From: Octopus sinensis
Lineage: Eukaryota
DNA: 64,000 nucleotides
Reading direction: 5' to 3'
Assembly (NCBI RefSeq): GCF_006345805.1
Contig: NC_043000.1
Location: forward strand, 47,306,001-47,370,000
Shown: positions 1 through 13,672 of the stretch, piece after piece
Layout of the letters: each line of letters starts with the position of its first letter
How positions within the stretch are numbered: position 1 is the first letter of the stretch
The notes under the pieces: model-generated
What the model was told of the DNA's origin: nothing
Seen by the model: the letters and a program-made list of their open reading frames with translations, nothing else
Databases searched by the model: none
Translations under genes and position numbers: made by a program

Positions 1-1128
1 TATTGGTCCAAAAGTCATCAACAGCACGTACGACATCATCACCACTGTGATACTAGTTTCCAGTCAATTTCTTTTTATGTTGGGGAACAGATAATAGTCG
101 GATGGGACCAAATCAGTAGAATAAGGAAGATGATCAACCAGTTCAAAGAAACAATCATGTATAGCAGCCACTGAAACCAAGGACCTGTGTGATGGAGCAT
201 TGTCCTGATGAAACAAGACCCCCTTCGTCAGTTTTCCTTGACGTTTGGTGTAGACAGTCTTTTCGAACTGTGTAAGCAACCTTTCATAATACTCTCCATT
301 GATGGTGTGGCCCTCCTGAAGGTAGTCAATAAGCACAGTGCATTTTACATCCAAAAAAGACTGAGGCGATCCCATTCTCTACAGATGAAACAGTCTTAGC
401 TTTCTTAAGCCAAGTGAGAAAGGTTGTCCCACTGAATGCATGGTGAGGAAGAGTGTTTCTACGGAACAGATTCTCACTTTATCTCTGACTCAAAGCAATG
501 AAGCCAACACATGCCTTGGGTTAGGAAACGTTAAAGAAGACGAGCTGGATCTGCCACAAACAATGACAAATGTAATCAGGCTGGTGTTCTTTTTATCAGG
601 TTTTAGAAGACGTGGTATTCACCAAGCAGAAACCTTCGTTATCCTAAGTTCACTGAGCAGAATATTCTCAACTTTCTCACTGGATATGCTAATAGCCTTG
701 GCTATTTGATCTATTGTCAAACGCCTGTCATACATAAAAATGTGATGAACAGGAGCAATGTTTTTCTTGGTGGCGGCAGTTGCAGAAGTCTAGACCTTGG
801 GTCATCTTCAAGACTCTCATTTCTACTAAATTCACCAACCCACATTTGCGCTGTTGATGAAGCAACTATGTCAGCATGAATGTCCTTGGAACTAAACCCT
901 TTTTCTGCAGGTACATCATAAAACCAAGCTACGAAATTTTGTCCATCTTCAAGAGAAGTCGCTACTAGTTACATTTCAAGTTTTCTTTGAACAGTCAGAT
1001 GTTAGTTTACCTGGAAAGAAGCAACTCAGTTATTAATAAAAATAATTAAAATTAACCCATGGAAGACTTCACGGCTCTGGCTTCACTCCTTCCTAGTCAG
1101 CCTATGAACTGTTCAGCCCACCTTCATA
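1..1128 (-). mobile_element. Decayed mariner (DD34D) DNA transposon, running off the window start
   Basis: ORF 64..375 has mariner motifs LFHQDNAPSH and DHLPYSTDLVPSDYYLFPNIK. Broken N-terminal frames lie at about 400-950 (MDKI...LQKKG...EDDPRS). A TIR-like end GTCAGCCTATGAACTGTTCAGCCCACCTTCATA is at 1096..1128. Confidence 0.9.
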
Positions 1129-1236
1129 TGCATGCATGTATGTATGTATGTATGTATGATGTATGTATGTATGTATGTATGTATGTATGTATGTATGTAT
1201 GTATGTATGAATGTATGTATGTATGTATGTATGTAT
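1129..1236. repeat. (ATGT)n microsatellite
   Basis: Direct tandem repeat abutting the mariner TIR. Confidence 0.95.
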
Positions 1237-1643
1237 TATGTATTGAAAACTGATTAATCATTTCCGTGTAATCATTATATAAATGGATAACATTAAAACA
1301 ATTGTTTATCTTCATTATTCATTTGTTTCAGTCATTAAACACCAGTATATATTTTTAATAAGCCTAGTACTTATTACATCGTTTGCTTTTGTCGCACCGC
1401 TAAGTTACGGGGACGAAAGAACACCAGCACCGAACCCTGAACCACATGACAAGGAAGCAAGCTTCTTACCTCACTGCCATGTAAACATTTTTCGAAAAAT
1501 GAAGAGAAAGCCACAGGCGTAGTACTTTATTTTGCATTTAGGTATATTAAAATTTAGCTTCCGTTCCCACAGGTTTGGCTCATCCAGTGTCTATTGCAGG
1601 AAAATGAGAATGTAGCTTATACATTATATATATATATATTATA

Positions 1644-1851
1644 GGCGCAGGAGTGGCTGTGTGGTAAGTAGCTTGCTAACCAACCACATGGTTCCGGGTT
1701 CAGTCCCACTGCGTGGCAACTTGGGCAAGTGTCTTCTGCTATAGCCCCGGGCCGACCAATGAAAGAAGCCCGTCGTATATATACTCTTTAAATGGCGGTG
1801 CCCCAGCATGGCCACAGCTCATGAGCTGAAACTGGAAAAATCAAAATCAAA
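1644..1851 (+). mobile_element. tRNA-derived SINE family 1, internally deleted copy
   Basis: Head GGCGCAGGAGTGGCTGTGTGGTAAG...GGTTCAGTCCC with A/B-box-like motifs. Matches the copies at 12011, 13189 and 38797 but lacks central segments. Confidence 0.85.
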
Positions 1852-2869
1852 TTATATGTTTGTGTGTGTATATGTGTATATGTATAAACTGTATAGATAC
1901 TGTTGAAGCAAAAGATAATTTGTAATTTATCTGAAAATCTATATAGTATTTTGGAGAAAATTTCCACGCGAGAATTAATTATGTTGCTCACATGTGAAGT
2001 ATGTATATATCTTCTTATCGATTATGAAAGCCCCAAGAAAATAAATTGAATTTAATATTTGAAGATAGTCTTTTCCCGAAAGCTCGCTCCAATTGGATAG
2101 ATATAAAATGTACCTATTTTGAAGGATATTCCTTTGTACTGGACTGTTTATATCTAACCTTCTCTGACTTGTAGTCACACAGGGATTAGAGATGAAATAT
2201 ACAGCTGTCGAAAGAGATTATTATATAGTAGATGACCTGCAGCAAGCTAAGAAGACGAACAAAGTCTCTGCGTTCATTCTTTCACAGCACAGATTTCCAC
2301 AAGAAGACCCAAATAACTTGTAATTTGTATAAACACTTGTTGAGCACTTTTGCGGAAAACATCGCACTAAGATCACTCATGATGTATATCTACATCTCGT
2401 TACAGTGTCTATATGAATTGTATGTATACATATGTGTATATATGTGCATACATGTATATAGTTGAAATTTATGGAAAAACAAAAGACGAAGTTGGATGGA
2501 TAAACAAGCTCGGGAAAAGGAAGAAGTCGTTTACGTTTCGAGTCTACGCTCTGCAACAGAAAGGAACACGAGAAAATAAACAGAGAGAGAGTAATGAAAA
2601 ATTGTATACATATATATGTATATTTATATTTATATGTACATATATATATTTATCTATATATGTATATATATGCATATATATATATATATATTCACACGCA
2701 TACATATATCTATGTATATATAGCAAGAGGAGGGTTATAATATCCAGGCAGATATCCAATTTCTCTATCTAGAATGCCAAGGCTGGTTCCTTCAGATGAT
2801 GCGTTTTATGGTAAATTTCCTTTAGCTCCCATCCGATGTTACAGTAACCAGGAAAAAACTGTATGTACA

Positions 2870-2881
2870 TACACACACACA

Positions 2882-2920
<39 letters not shown>

Positions 2921-2971
2921 CCACACACATCCACACACACACACACACCACACACATATATATATATATAT

Positions 2972-3026
<55 letters not shown>

Positions 3027-3030
3027 TACA
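2870..3030. repeat. Compound (CA)n/(TA)n microsatellite
   Basis: Direct repeats visible in the sequence. Confidence 0.95.
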
Positions 3031-3528
3031 CATAGATAATATGAACCTATTTATATGTATTCATGTATATGTATGTGAATATTGATGTACGTATGTACAT
3101 ACATGTGTGTATGAGTTCGGAGAGAGTCGTAGAGTTGGGGGATACGAGTGAAGGGAAGCTGCATTCCAAATTTCCAGCTGTGACTAGTTCAGAGAAGAAG
3201 TAAATTGCGCTTATGAAACAAGACCTGAATCTGTGTAAACTAGTAATGTTCTACATCGACAAGTAATATCGCAGGAAAAAAAAAATCACGGCTGAAACAT
3301 CGGAATACGTTTTATGCCGTAAGGAAGAAGTGATGAGTAAGAAGGGAAGGAAGCAAAAATGGGAAGGAAATAGAAAGAGAAGGAGTAGGAAAGGTAACAA
3401 GTGTTAATCGAAGAAGAATGGTCAAAGCGATGAGAAAAAAGGAACACCAGCAGATTTGAATAGCATTGAGCGAAGGGGAAACGGCAATCTCAGGTAAACA
3501 TTATACAGACCTATAAACATATGTGCAT

Positions 3529-3565
<37 letters not shown>

Positions 3566-4360
3566 CATATGCATGTATGTAATTACTTATGCAGATACAA
3601 GCGTACACAGATATCAAAACAATGCGAGCACACTCAGAAAACTACACACATTTCACAAGTCATGGTCACGTATATATATATATCTATACATATATCCAAA
3701 TATACACTCATATATATATATAATGGTATTAATGTGAATCTATATCTATCTGTATGTATATGTGTATGAACATGTTTGTATGTATATATATAAACTTACA
3801 CATGTGCATATGCATGTAGACACTCGTATTTGCATACATCCACGCGAAATACATACAAACAGGCCTATCTATACAAATGTAAATTAAGACAGATATAAAC
3901 AAACACAAACCATTCTATGTTTATATAAGTCGTCTGTCTAATAAATAGTGGAGCATTAGCTGTTAAAACAGACCTGGCATTGGAGAAATAGTTAGAGTTA
4001 AGGGTTGAGGAGGGGTTGTACAACATGAGATGTTAATTAATATTGGTGGAGTAGAATGTGCCTGGAGGAATGATGAGGTTTGTCACTTTGTATTTACCGA
4101 TAGAGATTGGCTTCTGATATCAGGTGCTACCTCGCGCAGATAAATGATAGAAAGAAACAAGTGATGAATTGAAAACTCTAGTTGATGGTTTGGAGATTCA
4201 CAACAGAATGGCGTCCGATTCCACCAGCCTGTAACGAAGTACAGATATTTTCCTTTGTCACGATATACTCACTTCATCATTTTCAATCTCCTAAACATTC
4301 TACCATTAATATCAATACTTATATTAACCCTCATGATGTATATATGCATGATGTATATAT

Positions 4361-4545
4361 GCCGGGTAAAATGTTTTGCAGCATTTCGTCCATATTTACG
4401 TTCTGAGTTCAAATTCCGTCGACTTTGCCTTTCATCCTTTCAAGGGTCGATAAAATAATTACTAATTGAACACTGGGATCGATGTAATCGACTTATCCCT
4501 TCCCATGAAATTGCTGGCCTTGTGCCTAACTTTGAAACCAATATC
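4361..4545 (+). mobile_element. SINE family 2, 5'-truncated copy
   Basis: Contains GTTCTGAGTTCAAATTCC...TTTGCCTTTCATCCTT...GTCGATAAAATAA...GCTGGCCTTGTGCC, shared with the copies at 53518 and 62638. Confidence 0.8.
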
Positions 4546-5299
4546 AATACATGCATTTATATTATGTGTATATGTGTTTGTGTTTGTGTGAGTGTGTGTG
4601 GACGAGGGGTTGGCGGTACGTGTGCGTTGAATATATATTCTTCCTTCCTAAGTTGCTCAAACCCAGCTATTCTGGGCTCCTTGTTATCCATGATGTAGTT
4701 GAACCACCGCACTCCACTTCAGTTACCTTGATAAACTTATGTCATTATTTCCTCTGTCACTATTCTGCTCTAGTTTTAAGAAAAATACAGAACTGCTTAA
4801 CACATTGAAGTAATATTTCTTCTCTCATATCTCTTATTCACCACGAACCTATCAGCCAAATTGGCCCTAAAATATTTATTTAGCATCTGCTCCTTACTTC
4901 TATCTTGTACTAACAGACTTTTCCGCTTAATTGGAGCAGACATACACCACAATACTCTCCTCCTTCTGAGTGACTATGGATATCTAGATTAGCCATTATT
5001 ATGCGAAACTTTGCGTAGATGTTATTCAGACCCAAATTTTAGTTCAGTTGTTTGAGTCCATCATGGAACTGTAAAGTATTTATATCAATGACTGAGCCGG
5101 CATTACTATATTCCCCGACAATGAATATATTGCCATAATTCCTTTCACACTCAACATGTCCAGCTCTCTTTGAATCTTTGAATGCACTTCTCAGATACTT
5201 TTGGTATTTTCATTTCTCTCTCCTCTTTCGCTCTCCCGCTCTCTTTCCCCTCTCTCTCTCTATCTCTCACTTTTTAGAACAGAAGAGTGTTGTCCAAAT

Positions 5300-5460
5300 C
5301 CTGCATCCCAGCATTTGATTGGCAATTTATTTTATCAATCTCGAAAGAATGAATCGTAAGTTAACTTCTGCGGAGTTTGATTTCAGAACGTAACAGATCG
5401 GAACCATTTCCGTAAAGCAATTTTTCCGACGCTCTTTCATTTCTGACAGCTCATCAACCC
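5300..5460 (-). mobile_element. SINE family 2, degenerate copy
   Basis: The reverse complement resembles the family-2 head and core (TTTTATCAATCTCGAAAGAATGAA...GATTTCAGAACG). Confidence 0.55.
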
Positions 5461-7941
5461 GATGAAGCCTAATATTATAAAGCCTTCACTTTCGTACTTT
5501 ATCAGATCAGGTCATTTCTTATTAACAACTGTGGCTGCTACAATAACGTGAGCAATGAAAGAGAACATCTATTGAAAAATTTAAGAATGACTTGCAGAAA
5601 ATATTTTATTGTGGCTACGATATCATAAATTATGTATCTCATTTGAATACCAAAGCAATCAATGCAACATTGCATCATTTGTTGGAAGATGTTAACACTT
5701 CAGATATGGATAAACAACTTTTTTGTTCAATGGTGGTTTGCAAATTAGTTGTTACTCAGATCAGATTTATGTATTTCAAGATTAATACGCCGATGTATAT
5801 ATGTCAACCCGTACATCTGTTTCCTACATGACTTCTAATTTATAGCCAACAAAATGATATATTATAAATTTAGCAATACTTTAGGATGCTGGAAATGACT
5901 AAGATAGTGCTATGTTTGACATATTAAGTAATAAAATATCCGGTATTAAGTACCTGAGCCATAAACAGTCTACTGTACTTGCAGTGTTAGTGTGTAACAT
6001 ATCAACACTTTAGCCATTAATATGTTGTTAACTTCGTGAACAAGAAATCTGAGTTTTCATATTTAAATATTTAAGAAACGTAACTAGTTTCATATGGAAA
6101 GGTGTAGCTCTCATGACTAAATACTCTATAGCATATATTCTAATATTTCCATGTCATAAATTCAGATTTCATTGAAAATCACCATTAGTTTCCGTCGTTC
6201 TACGGTAGATAAACTAAGAGCTTGTACGATACTGGGGTTCATTCTGTCGACTATATTATCTCTTTCACAAAACCTCTGAATCCAGACAAACATTCTCAGC
6301 TTCATATATTTCGGTGGATAATAAGCTACTACTTAGTGAAATTAACAGAACACCGTTAATTTCAGGATAAATTTAAAAGGCACCTTCAAGTCGATAATGT
6401 TTTTAAGTAAATCAGATTGATAATAGAATTGAAACACTCAATTTTATGACAAATCGTACAAGAAGTATAATTATGAGAATAGCTGTTTAACTGTTGGTCA
6501 TCCTCGATCAAATAGAGTTATCATCACAGTTAGGACTAAAGAATCCTATATTCAATCAGATACGGAGTTGAATTGGTAGAGTCGGTAGAACGTCAAATAG
6601 AATGATAAAATCCAAACAAGATCAAAGCTAGTTATCATCCTTTCGGTGATTGATAAATAAAGGACTAACCCATGGCATTAGATTGGTGGAATTATTAGAA
6701 CATTGAAGAGAGGTGCCTTGCGTTATGTCTTCCCATTCCTTCACTCTATGTTCTGAAGGTAACCCCCCACCCACCCAACGTCACTCATGCCAATCTATGA
6801 TAGTTTAATTTTTTTCCCTAGAGTAAACGTCGGTTACCCCTAGATATCCTAGATATCGCAGACCGGCAAACATAAACGATCGTTGCTCAGGTCAGTGACT
6901 CCAAAAGTATTTTCCAGATGGAGATCCCTATTTTTGCAAGTCAAGCGAGGGCCCAGTAATATATGAACATATGACTGTATTACTTAATGTACTGTGAATA
7001 TTTTTAAGGCAGCAGGGCGGCATTTAAAGACAATTTGTCCAGAGGTAATTTTCATGTTTATTTGAAAAAACTTGTGCTAGCATCTGTCAGAAACAGTTAG
7101 GTCAATGAAGACAATATAGGATGCATGTTGACATTCCAGTCACGGGCATTTGTTCACTTAAGAACTCTTTCTAACGCGACCAAATATTATGTATGTATGT
7201 CTGTATTTGTGTATGTGTGTGCGCGTGTATATGTATATATTAGCGTGTCTCTGTATTTGCGTTTGTCACACATCACCGCTAGATAAGCGTTGTTAATTTG
7301 TTTAGGTTCTTGTAAAATTGCAACTCGGTTAAAATAGACCGATAGTGCAAGTATATAGAATATAAGAACTGGGATAAGCTCTTCAGTGACTAAAACAATA
7401 GATAAAAGATATATTTTTTCTTGTACATATCTGCATATAGCAGTATGAGAATATACATATAAATAAATATGCAAACCTGCATATGTAAATATGCCTATTA
7501 TTTGAGGGAAATAAGTTCGCTGGTTTAGTGTCTGGGGGAGCTAAATACCTCAAAGCTCCTCTTTCTAATACACTTTGTTCTTCAGAAAATCGTTCAATCT
7601 TTAATCTCCTTTCCGCCAAGACCTCAAATGACCTCAAATGAAATATTCTTCCCTGAAGACAGAGGCTGGTGTTACCCGATGATGGAATCAATTTACAATA
7701 ACTATTTTGAACCACTGAGGCCACAGAAACAGCTGTCGGACTCGTAAAACTCTTATTCAACCCCTTTAATTCTCGATATCATTTCTATTTTGTGTAAGTC
7801 GGACCTTTTTATATGTAAACTATGCACATTTTTTTGTATTAAAAGTATTTAATATTTTTTGTATATTGACTTTCCGAACATGCTTATACTTACATTTAGA
7901 TATATGTATACATATATACATACATATATACATACACACAC

Positions 7942-8006
<65 letters not shown>

Positions 8007-8202
8007 GGAGTAAGAGAAAAAGGGGGAGAAATTACAATAGCTAGGAATAATAAAAACTACAAACAGGATAATTTCAAGATCAAGTTATAAGTTTAAGCAT
8101 TCGTGAAGAAAATGACTTCATGTAGTTTGCGTATAAGTAGGCTATTGATGCTAAAACTTTGTCTAATGTGTATACGCATATATACATAGATATATGCATA
8201 CA

Positions 8203-8234
<32 letters not shown>

Positions 8235-8607
8235 CACACACACACATATATATATATATGTATGTATGTATTTATGTATGTATATATGTACAAACATATG
8301 TAACAATTTATACGAAATTGACAAGAAGAGATAGGTGGGGATGAAAGGTTTTGTTTCAAGTAATGGGTTACGTGCTTGGCGGGAGAGAATGCCGTCTATC
8401 AGTTATTTAAAATTTGTCATGCCATTCTAGAAACCATCCTTATTATATTTCCCATTCTTCAAAGAAACTCAGCGGCTTCTCTTTGTTTTGCAGTGGCTTT
8501 CCCGGAGGAATTGTCTGTAAGAACTCATAGGATTATTTGCCGTTGCATACTCATAGGATTATTTGCCGATGCTTATAAGATGTGTGTGTGTATGTGTGCG
8601 TTTGTAG

Positions 8608-8609
<2 letters not shown>

Positions 8610-8638
<29 letters not shown>

Positions 8639-8691
8639 CATACATACATACATACATACATACATACATACATACATACATACATACATAC
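8610..8691. repeat. (ACAT)n microsatellite
   Basis: Direct tandem repeat. Confidence 0.95.
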
Positions 8692-10899
8692 GTGGTGGGA
8701 GTATGTATTATTGACACCATCAGAATTTAGAAATTTGAGCGAACGTGAAATACTTCATTTTTGAACTGTGAAACTAGAGTTAGATTACGAGGTCGGTTGG
8801 CTTGGTGATTCTTGAGATGGAACAAGAAGACACAAGTCTTTTCAGTGTTTCTATGTAAATGGTTGAGTTGGTAATAGAGAGGATAATCTAGGGCTGAGGT
8901 GAGGTTGCTTCTACTGTTTAAAACGTAATCTCTTGGGGTGTTGTGCGGAAGCCATTTGCATAGCTGGACCACAAAACGATAAAAAGGTATTGGGTCAGCT
9001 TGGCTCTACGGGACCTGGACAGGGTGTTTTAGTACCACGAGACAGGACCATTATAAATTTTGAAACATTCAAACAGTTGACTTATATCTAAATCAGCAGA
9101 CTTGACAAAAAATGATGTAGTAAATAATCGGTTTTATCGGCTAAAAGAAACAGGACACATAAAAGGAGAAAAGTTATTAAATGAGCAGTGAAAGTCTTTC
9201 GACGGAAGAGAGACAGAACTGTCATAACAAGCAGAATTGTGCTTACAGAAGCACAATTCTGAGAAACAAATATATTGTTTTGGACTGAACTGTAGGGATT
9301 CCTGTATTTTTGTGTATGGGCGTACTGTCCTAAGATTTATAACATAATAGGAAGCTGTGAGAAACTGAGTCCCAAAACTTTAACCCGTAGATTGAGAAAA
9401 CATTTCTCTACCTTCAAAATCGATAAGTAAAATTGTTTGGAGTGTGAAACTGAAGCATTTTTAGTTATATTTTGCATGTATTTTGTTTTGTTTTTATATA
9501 AAAAGGAATAAGTTTTTTAACGTTTATTTTTCCTGCGTTATTCTATCAGAGGTTTGGTTTATAAATTATATGTTATCATTGTTCTTATTTTAGCTTTTCT
9601 AAGAAAATGGTATAGAATTTCTTTTATTTCACAACTATTAGCATTCAATAGTATATGTTACATTTGAATTTTGTTTTTAGTATATTTTACATTTTTGTAT
9701 TTTTTTTTTATTAATGTCGAATTGAATTAGATTTTTTTTTAAATTTCTATTTGGAATTTATGTATTATCTAATTTTTTCTTTTTGTTTTTGTTACCATTG
9801 ATTTTATATGTTTGCAAACTCAATAATTTGTATCTGCTATTCTTGAGCAGGTGTTTATGGCTGAATGTCAACGACTCGCTTATACTGACAAACTGATATC
9901 GATAATTTGTCTTTCTTCGTCTTCCGCATCAGATATATCGGCAAACAAAACAAAATGCATACAATAAAATAAGGTATATTACCTAAAGCAATACAGCACG
10001 GTGACTGTATGAAGATCTAAAGAAGCTATGGTTCTATTCAATACTGCATCTTAATTATTTAGCCAAATGAAGAAAAGCAAAATCACCTACCCGTCCACCT
10101 CACAAAAAAGAAATAAATATAATCAAATAAATGAAAATTGGCAACAAATTTTCCTTCTTACCTCTTTTTTTATTTTTCAAAGTTTGTCTTTTTATTCAAA
10201 TTGTGATAAAGATTTCAGATTGGTGTTTAAATTACACTGCTTATTCTACCAAGCTATCATTGTTTTCTCTACTGTTCAATAACTTTCAGTGCGAGACGAT
10301 GTACTGAATTCATGATATCTCATTTCTTCAACTTTATAGGATAATTTACAATAGCTACATGTAATTGAACTCCTACAAAGAAAATTCCCATGATGCTTTC
10401 GGCAAAATCCAACAATAATGTGAAATATCCGAATTTGAATTTGAATTTAAATGGGTTTTCATTAATAAAAAGTACTAATCAATTTTGGCAGCATATCATG
10501 CACCTAATTCTATCAGACACCTAGAGACTAACCGGGAAATAGTTGAATTCCAGCTAATAAAGAAACGCATAGTAATACAATGACTTTGTGTGACAAGAAA
10601 GACTAAATTTAGCAAAAGTTTTAAATGAGTTAAATTAAAAAAATAAAAGAAAATGTTTCTGCAAACTTTTTCCATTGATGCAATAAAGAGAAAGGAAATA
10701 GTGTGATTTGCGCTTTCATAAAAGTTTATTAATTTGCAGCCTATCATATTTACTTCCTAATAATGATAATAGAGACAATGAAGATTATCAACTTGTTCTA
10801 GATCAATTCTTTTCTCAATTACAAGGATCCATTATGCCTGACAATATTAGCTGTGAATTTTAATTGGGGGAGGAGGAGGAGGAGAAAAATGAAAAAGAT

Positions 10900-11150
10900 G
10901 TTTATTGCTGTTCATAACTTTACAGTCCTTTTGACATTGATGAGCTTAATGCGGATGCCTTTGCCATTAAACTTACGTACAATCAGGGTTGTATAATGTT
11001 TGAAATTATAGATCTGCCAGCTATATTTTATACTCAAGTCAGATTTGACTTTGATGTAATATTTATTATGTCGAGAAAGTTCGAAATTTTTGGTGATATG
11101 TACCCGATGGTAGTCTTTGATGTGAGCAGTTTCAGTACTGAGTGGGCAGG
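10900..11150 (-). mobile_element. Possible highly decayed Penelope-like GIY-YIG C-terminal remnant
   Basis: Minus-strand peptide pieces (YSWQI...RK...IRIKLINVKRTVKL) loosely resemble PLE endonuclease C-termini. The segment lies next to the hammerhead-bearing element. Confidence 0.3.
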
Positions 11151-11468
11151 TCTGTGATTAAGGGCTTTCCAATTATCTCCACGACGTCCATTCCTCGAGT
11201 TTTCATAATTATGACTACCCTATCGAAGGTTATGTTCTCGTTATAAAACATTATTTGAGGGATATTTAGCTACTCTTTCAGGAAGGTCGGCTGCTCTATA
11301 TAGACGTTCTCTGTTTTGTTTTAGGCTTCATTTTAAACATTGGATTACCAAATAGCGCTTTTAAACACTTTGTGTTGTTGCTGTAGATTCTAAGCCAATA
11401 CGTTATTTATTGCGACAACTAAGTAGTATCAAAGATATCTTGTTTGCGCTGATACTCGACAACATCTT

Positions 11469-11640
11469 TACATTATTTACATTTCACGGATATTTGTCCT
11501 CATCTTGTTTGTTGTTAACACAACGTTTCGGCTGATATACCCTCCAGCCTTCATCAGGTGTCTTGTGGAAATTTCGAACCTGGATTCTCATTCCTAAAGT
11601 TTTTTTTTTATTGTTGTTGTTGTTGTTATTGTTGTTGCTG

Positions 11641-11709
<69 letters not shown>

Positions 11710-11840
11710 TCACTGTCTGGATTCGAACTCGGAATCTTAGGGCCCGGCTCTTAACCACTACGCCATATGCCCGTGGGCAATTACGGAGTAAATAATGTAA
11801 ATAATGTACAAAACTCCTCATCTCTTAAATATAGATATGT
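11469..11840 (-). mobile_element. Composite non-autonomous element: tRNA-like Pol III head, (AAT)n, and PLE-like tail with hammerhead
   Basis: A box at 11755..11765 (TGGCGTAGTGG) and B box at 11719..11730 (GAGTTCGAATCC) on the minus strand. (TTA)n at about 11609..11704. Hammerhead at 11517..11562. 15-bp inverted repeats at 11469..11483 and 11794..11808. Confidence 0.75.
11517..11562 (-). ncRNA. Minimal type I hammerhead ribozyme motif
   Basis: Minus strand reads GACAC-CUGAUGA-A-GGCUG(GAGGGUAUAU)CAGCC-GAAA-CGUU-GUGUU. Stem I is GACAC/GUGUU, stem II is 5 bp, stem III is palindromic (AACGUU), and the cleavage triplet is GUU. Confidence 0.8.
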
Positions 11841-11960
11841 TATTTAGCTAATGATAAAACTTCAACGTGATAGTAAAATGTCAATATTTATAAAATTCTA
11901 ATATGGCAATTAAAGTTCAGATCGCGTGTAAGTTTTAAATATATTTTTTAAGTTCAAACT

Positions 11961-12010
<50 letters not shown>

Positions 12011-12011
<1 letters not shown>

Positions 12012-12423
12012 TCTTACTCTCTTTGCTCTTTTACTCTTTTACTTGTTTCAATCATTTGACTGTGGCCATGCTGCAGCACCGCCTTTAGTCAAGCATATCG
12101 GACCCAGGACTTATTCTTTGTGAACCTAGTACGTATTCTATCGGTCTATTTGGCCGAACCGCTAAGTTACGGGGACGTAAACACACCAGCATCGGTTGTC
12201 AAGCGATTTTAGGGAGACAAACACAGACACGCAAAGATATATACTCACATACAAATATATACATATATACGACGGGTTTCCGTCTACCAAATCCCCTCAC
12301 AAGGCTTTGGTCGGCCCGAGGCTATAGTAGAAGACACTTGCCCAAGGTGCCACGCAGTGGGACTGAACCTGGAATTATGTGTTTCGTAAGGAAGCTACTT
12401 ACCACACAGCCACTCCTACGCCT
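12011..12423 (-). mobile_element. tRNA-derived SINE family 1, full length
   Basis: Complete head, body and (GAGTAAAA)-type tail on the minus strand; colinear with 38797..39219. Confidence 0.92.
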
Positions 12424-12447
12424 ATATATATTATATATATATATGAG

Positions 12448-12535
<88 letters not shown>

Positions 12536-13188
12536 GTGTACTTGTATGTGTTTGTATGTGTATTTGTATGTATATATGGCATGTATATGTGTGTTGTGTG
12601 CGTTTACGTCTTTCCTATATGTACACGCATAACACCAGTTTAGTCTACTTACGCAGTGTTTAAGCAAGTATCCTTTCTGAATGGGGATGGTGTGACTGCG
12701 ACAGACTTTTAGAAAGGATTATATGAAGCAACGTAAAGTGAAATGCCTTGCTCAAAGACAAACACACAAAGTATTACAATTCTGAGAACCGAACCTAAAA
12801 AATCTGAGGATCGCGAGCTCAATATCCAGAGCACCCAAATACGTTCCAGCACTGGAACTTTATTAAAGATGATTAAAATTTACACTCCGTGCGTGAAATG
12901 CTATTCCACCTAACTGTAAACCAATTCATATGTTCTCCTATGAAGTGACGTTTACTTGTTTGTTTTTTTTTGTGTGTTTACTTATATGTTTCGTCACACC
13001 GCGTAAGAAATCTTCATCGTCAATTAGATTTTGGTAGATCTTCTATTTCATATTACTTGTTACTATCTATGTAACTGAATAGTCATCAACCTCCAATTAG
13101 GGTGTGGCTGTCTTCAAAGTATAAAGCCGGATATTAGGTATAAATGCGCGCGCGCATGCACACACACGCATACACACACACATAAACT

Positions 13189-13672
13189 GGCGCAGGCGTC
13201 GCTGTTTGATAAGATTCTTGCTTCTTAACTACATGGTTCCGAGTTCAGTTCCACTGCATGGCAGCTTGGGAGAATGCCTTCTGTTTTAGCCTCAAGCTGA
13301 CCAAATCCTTGTGAGGAAATTTAGTAGACGGAAGCTGAAAGAAGTCCGTCGTATATGTGCGTGTGTGTGTGTGTGTGTTTGTTTGTTTTGTGTGTGTGTG
13401 TTTGTGTGTCAGTATGTATGTATGTATATATTTGTGTGTGTGTGTATGTGTCTGAGCTTGGCCCCCACGCTCACTTGACAGCCGATGTTGGTATGTTTAA
13501 TCCCCCGTAACTTAGTGTTTCGGCACAAGAGACCGATAGACTAAGTACTTGGCTTACAATGTATATAAGTCTTGGGGGATCGATTTCTTCGACTAAAAGC
13601 ACTGCTCCAGAATGGCCACAGTCAAATGACTGAAACAAAAAGCAAATAAACGATTAAAAGAATAAAAAAGAA
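13189..13672 (+). mobile_element. tRNA-derived SINE family 1, diverged full-length copy
   Basis: Colinear with the other copies, with an expanded internal (GT)n tract. Confidence 0.88.

Noticed and set aside
7383-7760. 125-aa minus-strand ORF with a possible internal exon (CTTCAG acceptor, GAG/GTATTT donor)
   Set aside because: No recognisable domain, no supporting neighbouring exons, and it runs into simple repeats. It needs RNA-seq or homology support.
9850-10060. Protein-like minus-strand stretch (DAVLNRTIASLDLHTVTVLYCF...DAEDEERQIIDI)
   Set aside because: Interrupted by stops, and no family could be recognised.
11705-11772. tRNA-like sequences here and at the SINE heads (1644, 12423, 38797, 50491, 63434) as tRNA genes
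   Set aside because: They lack a complete cloverleaf and acceptor stem and are fused to SINE bodies.
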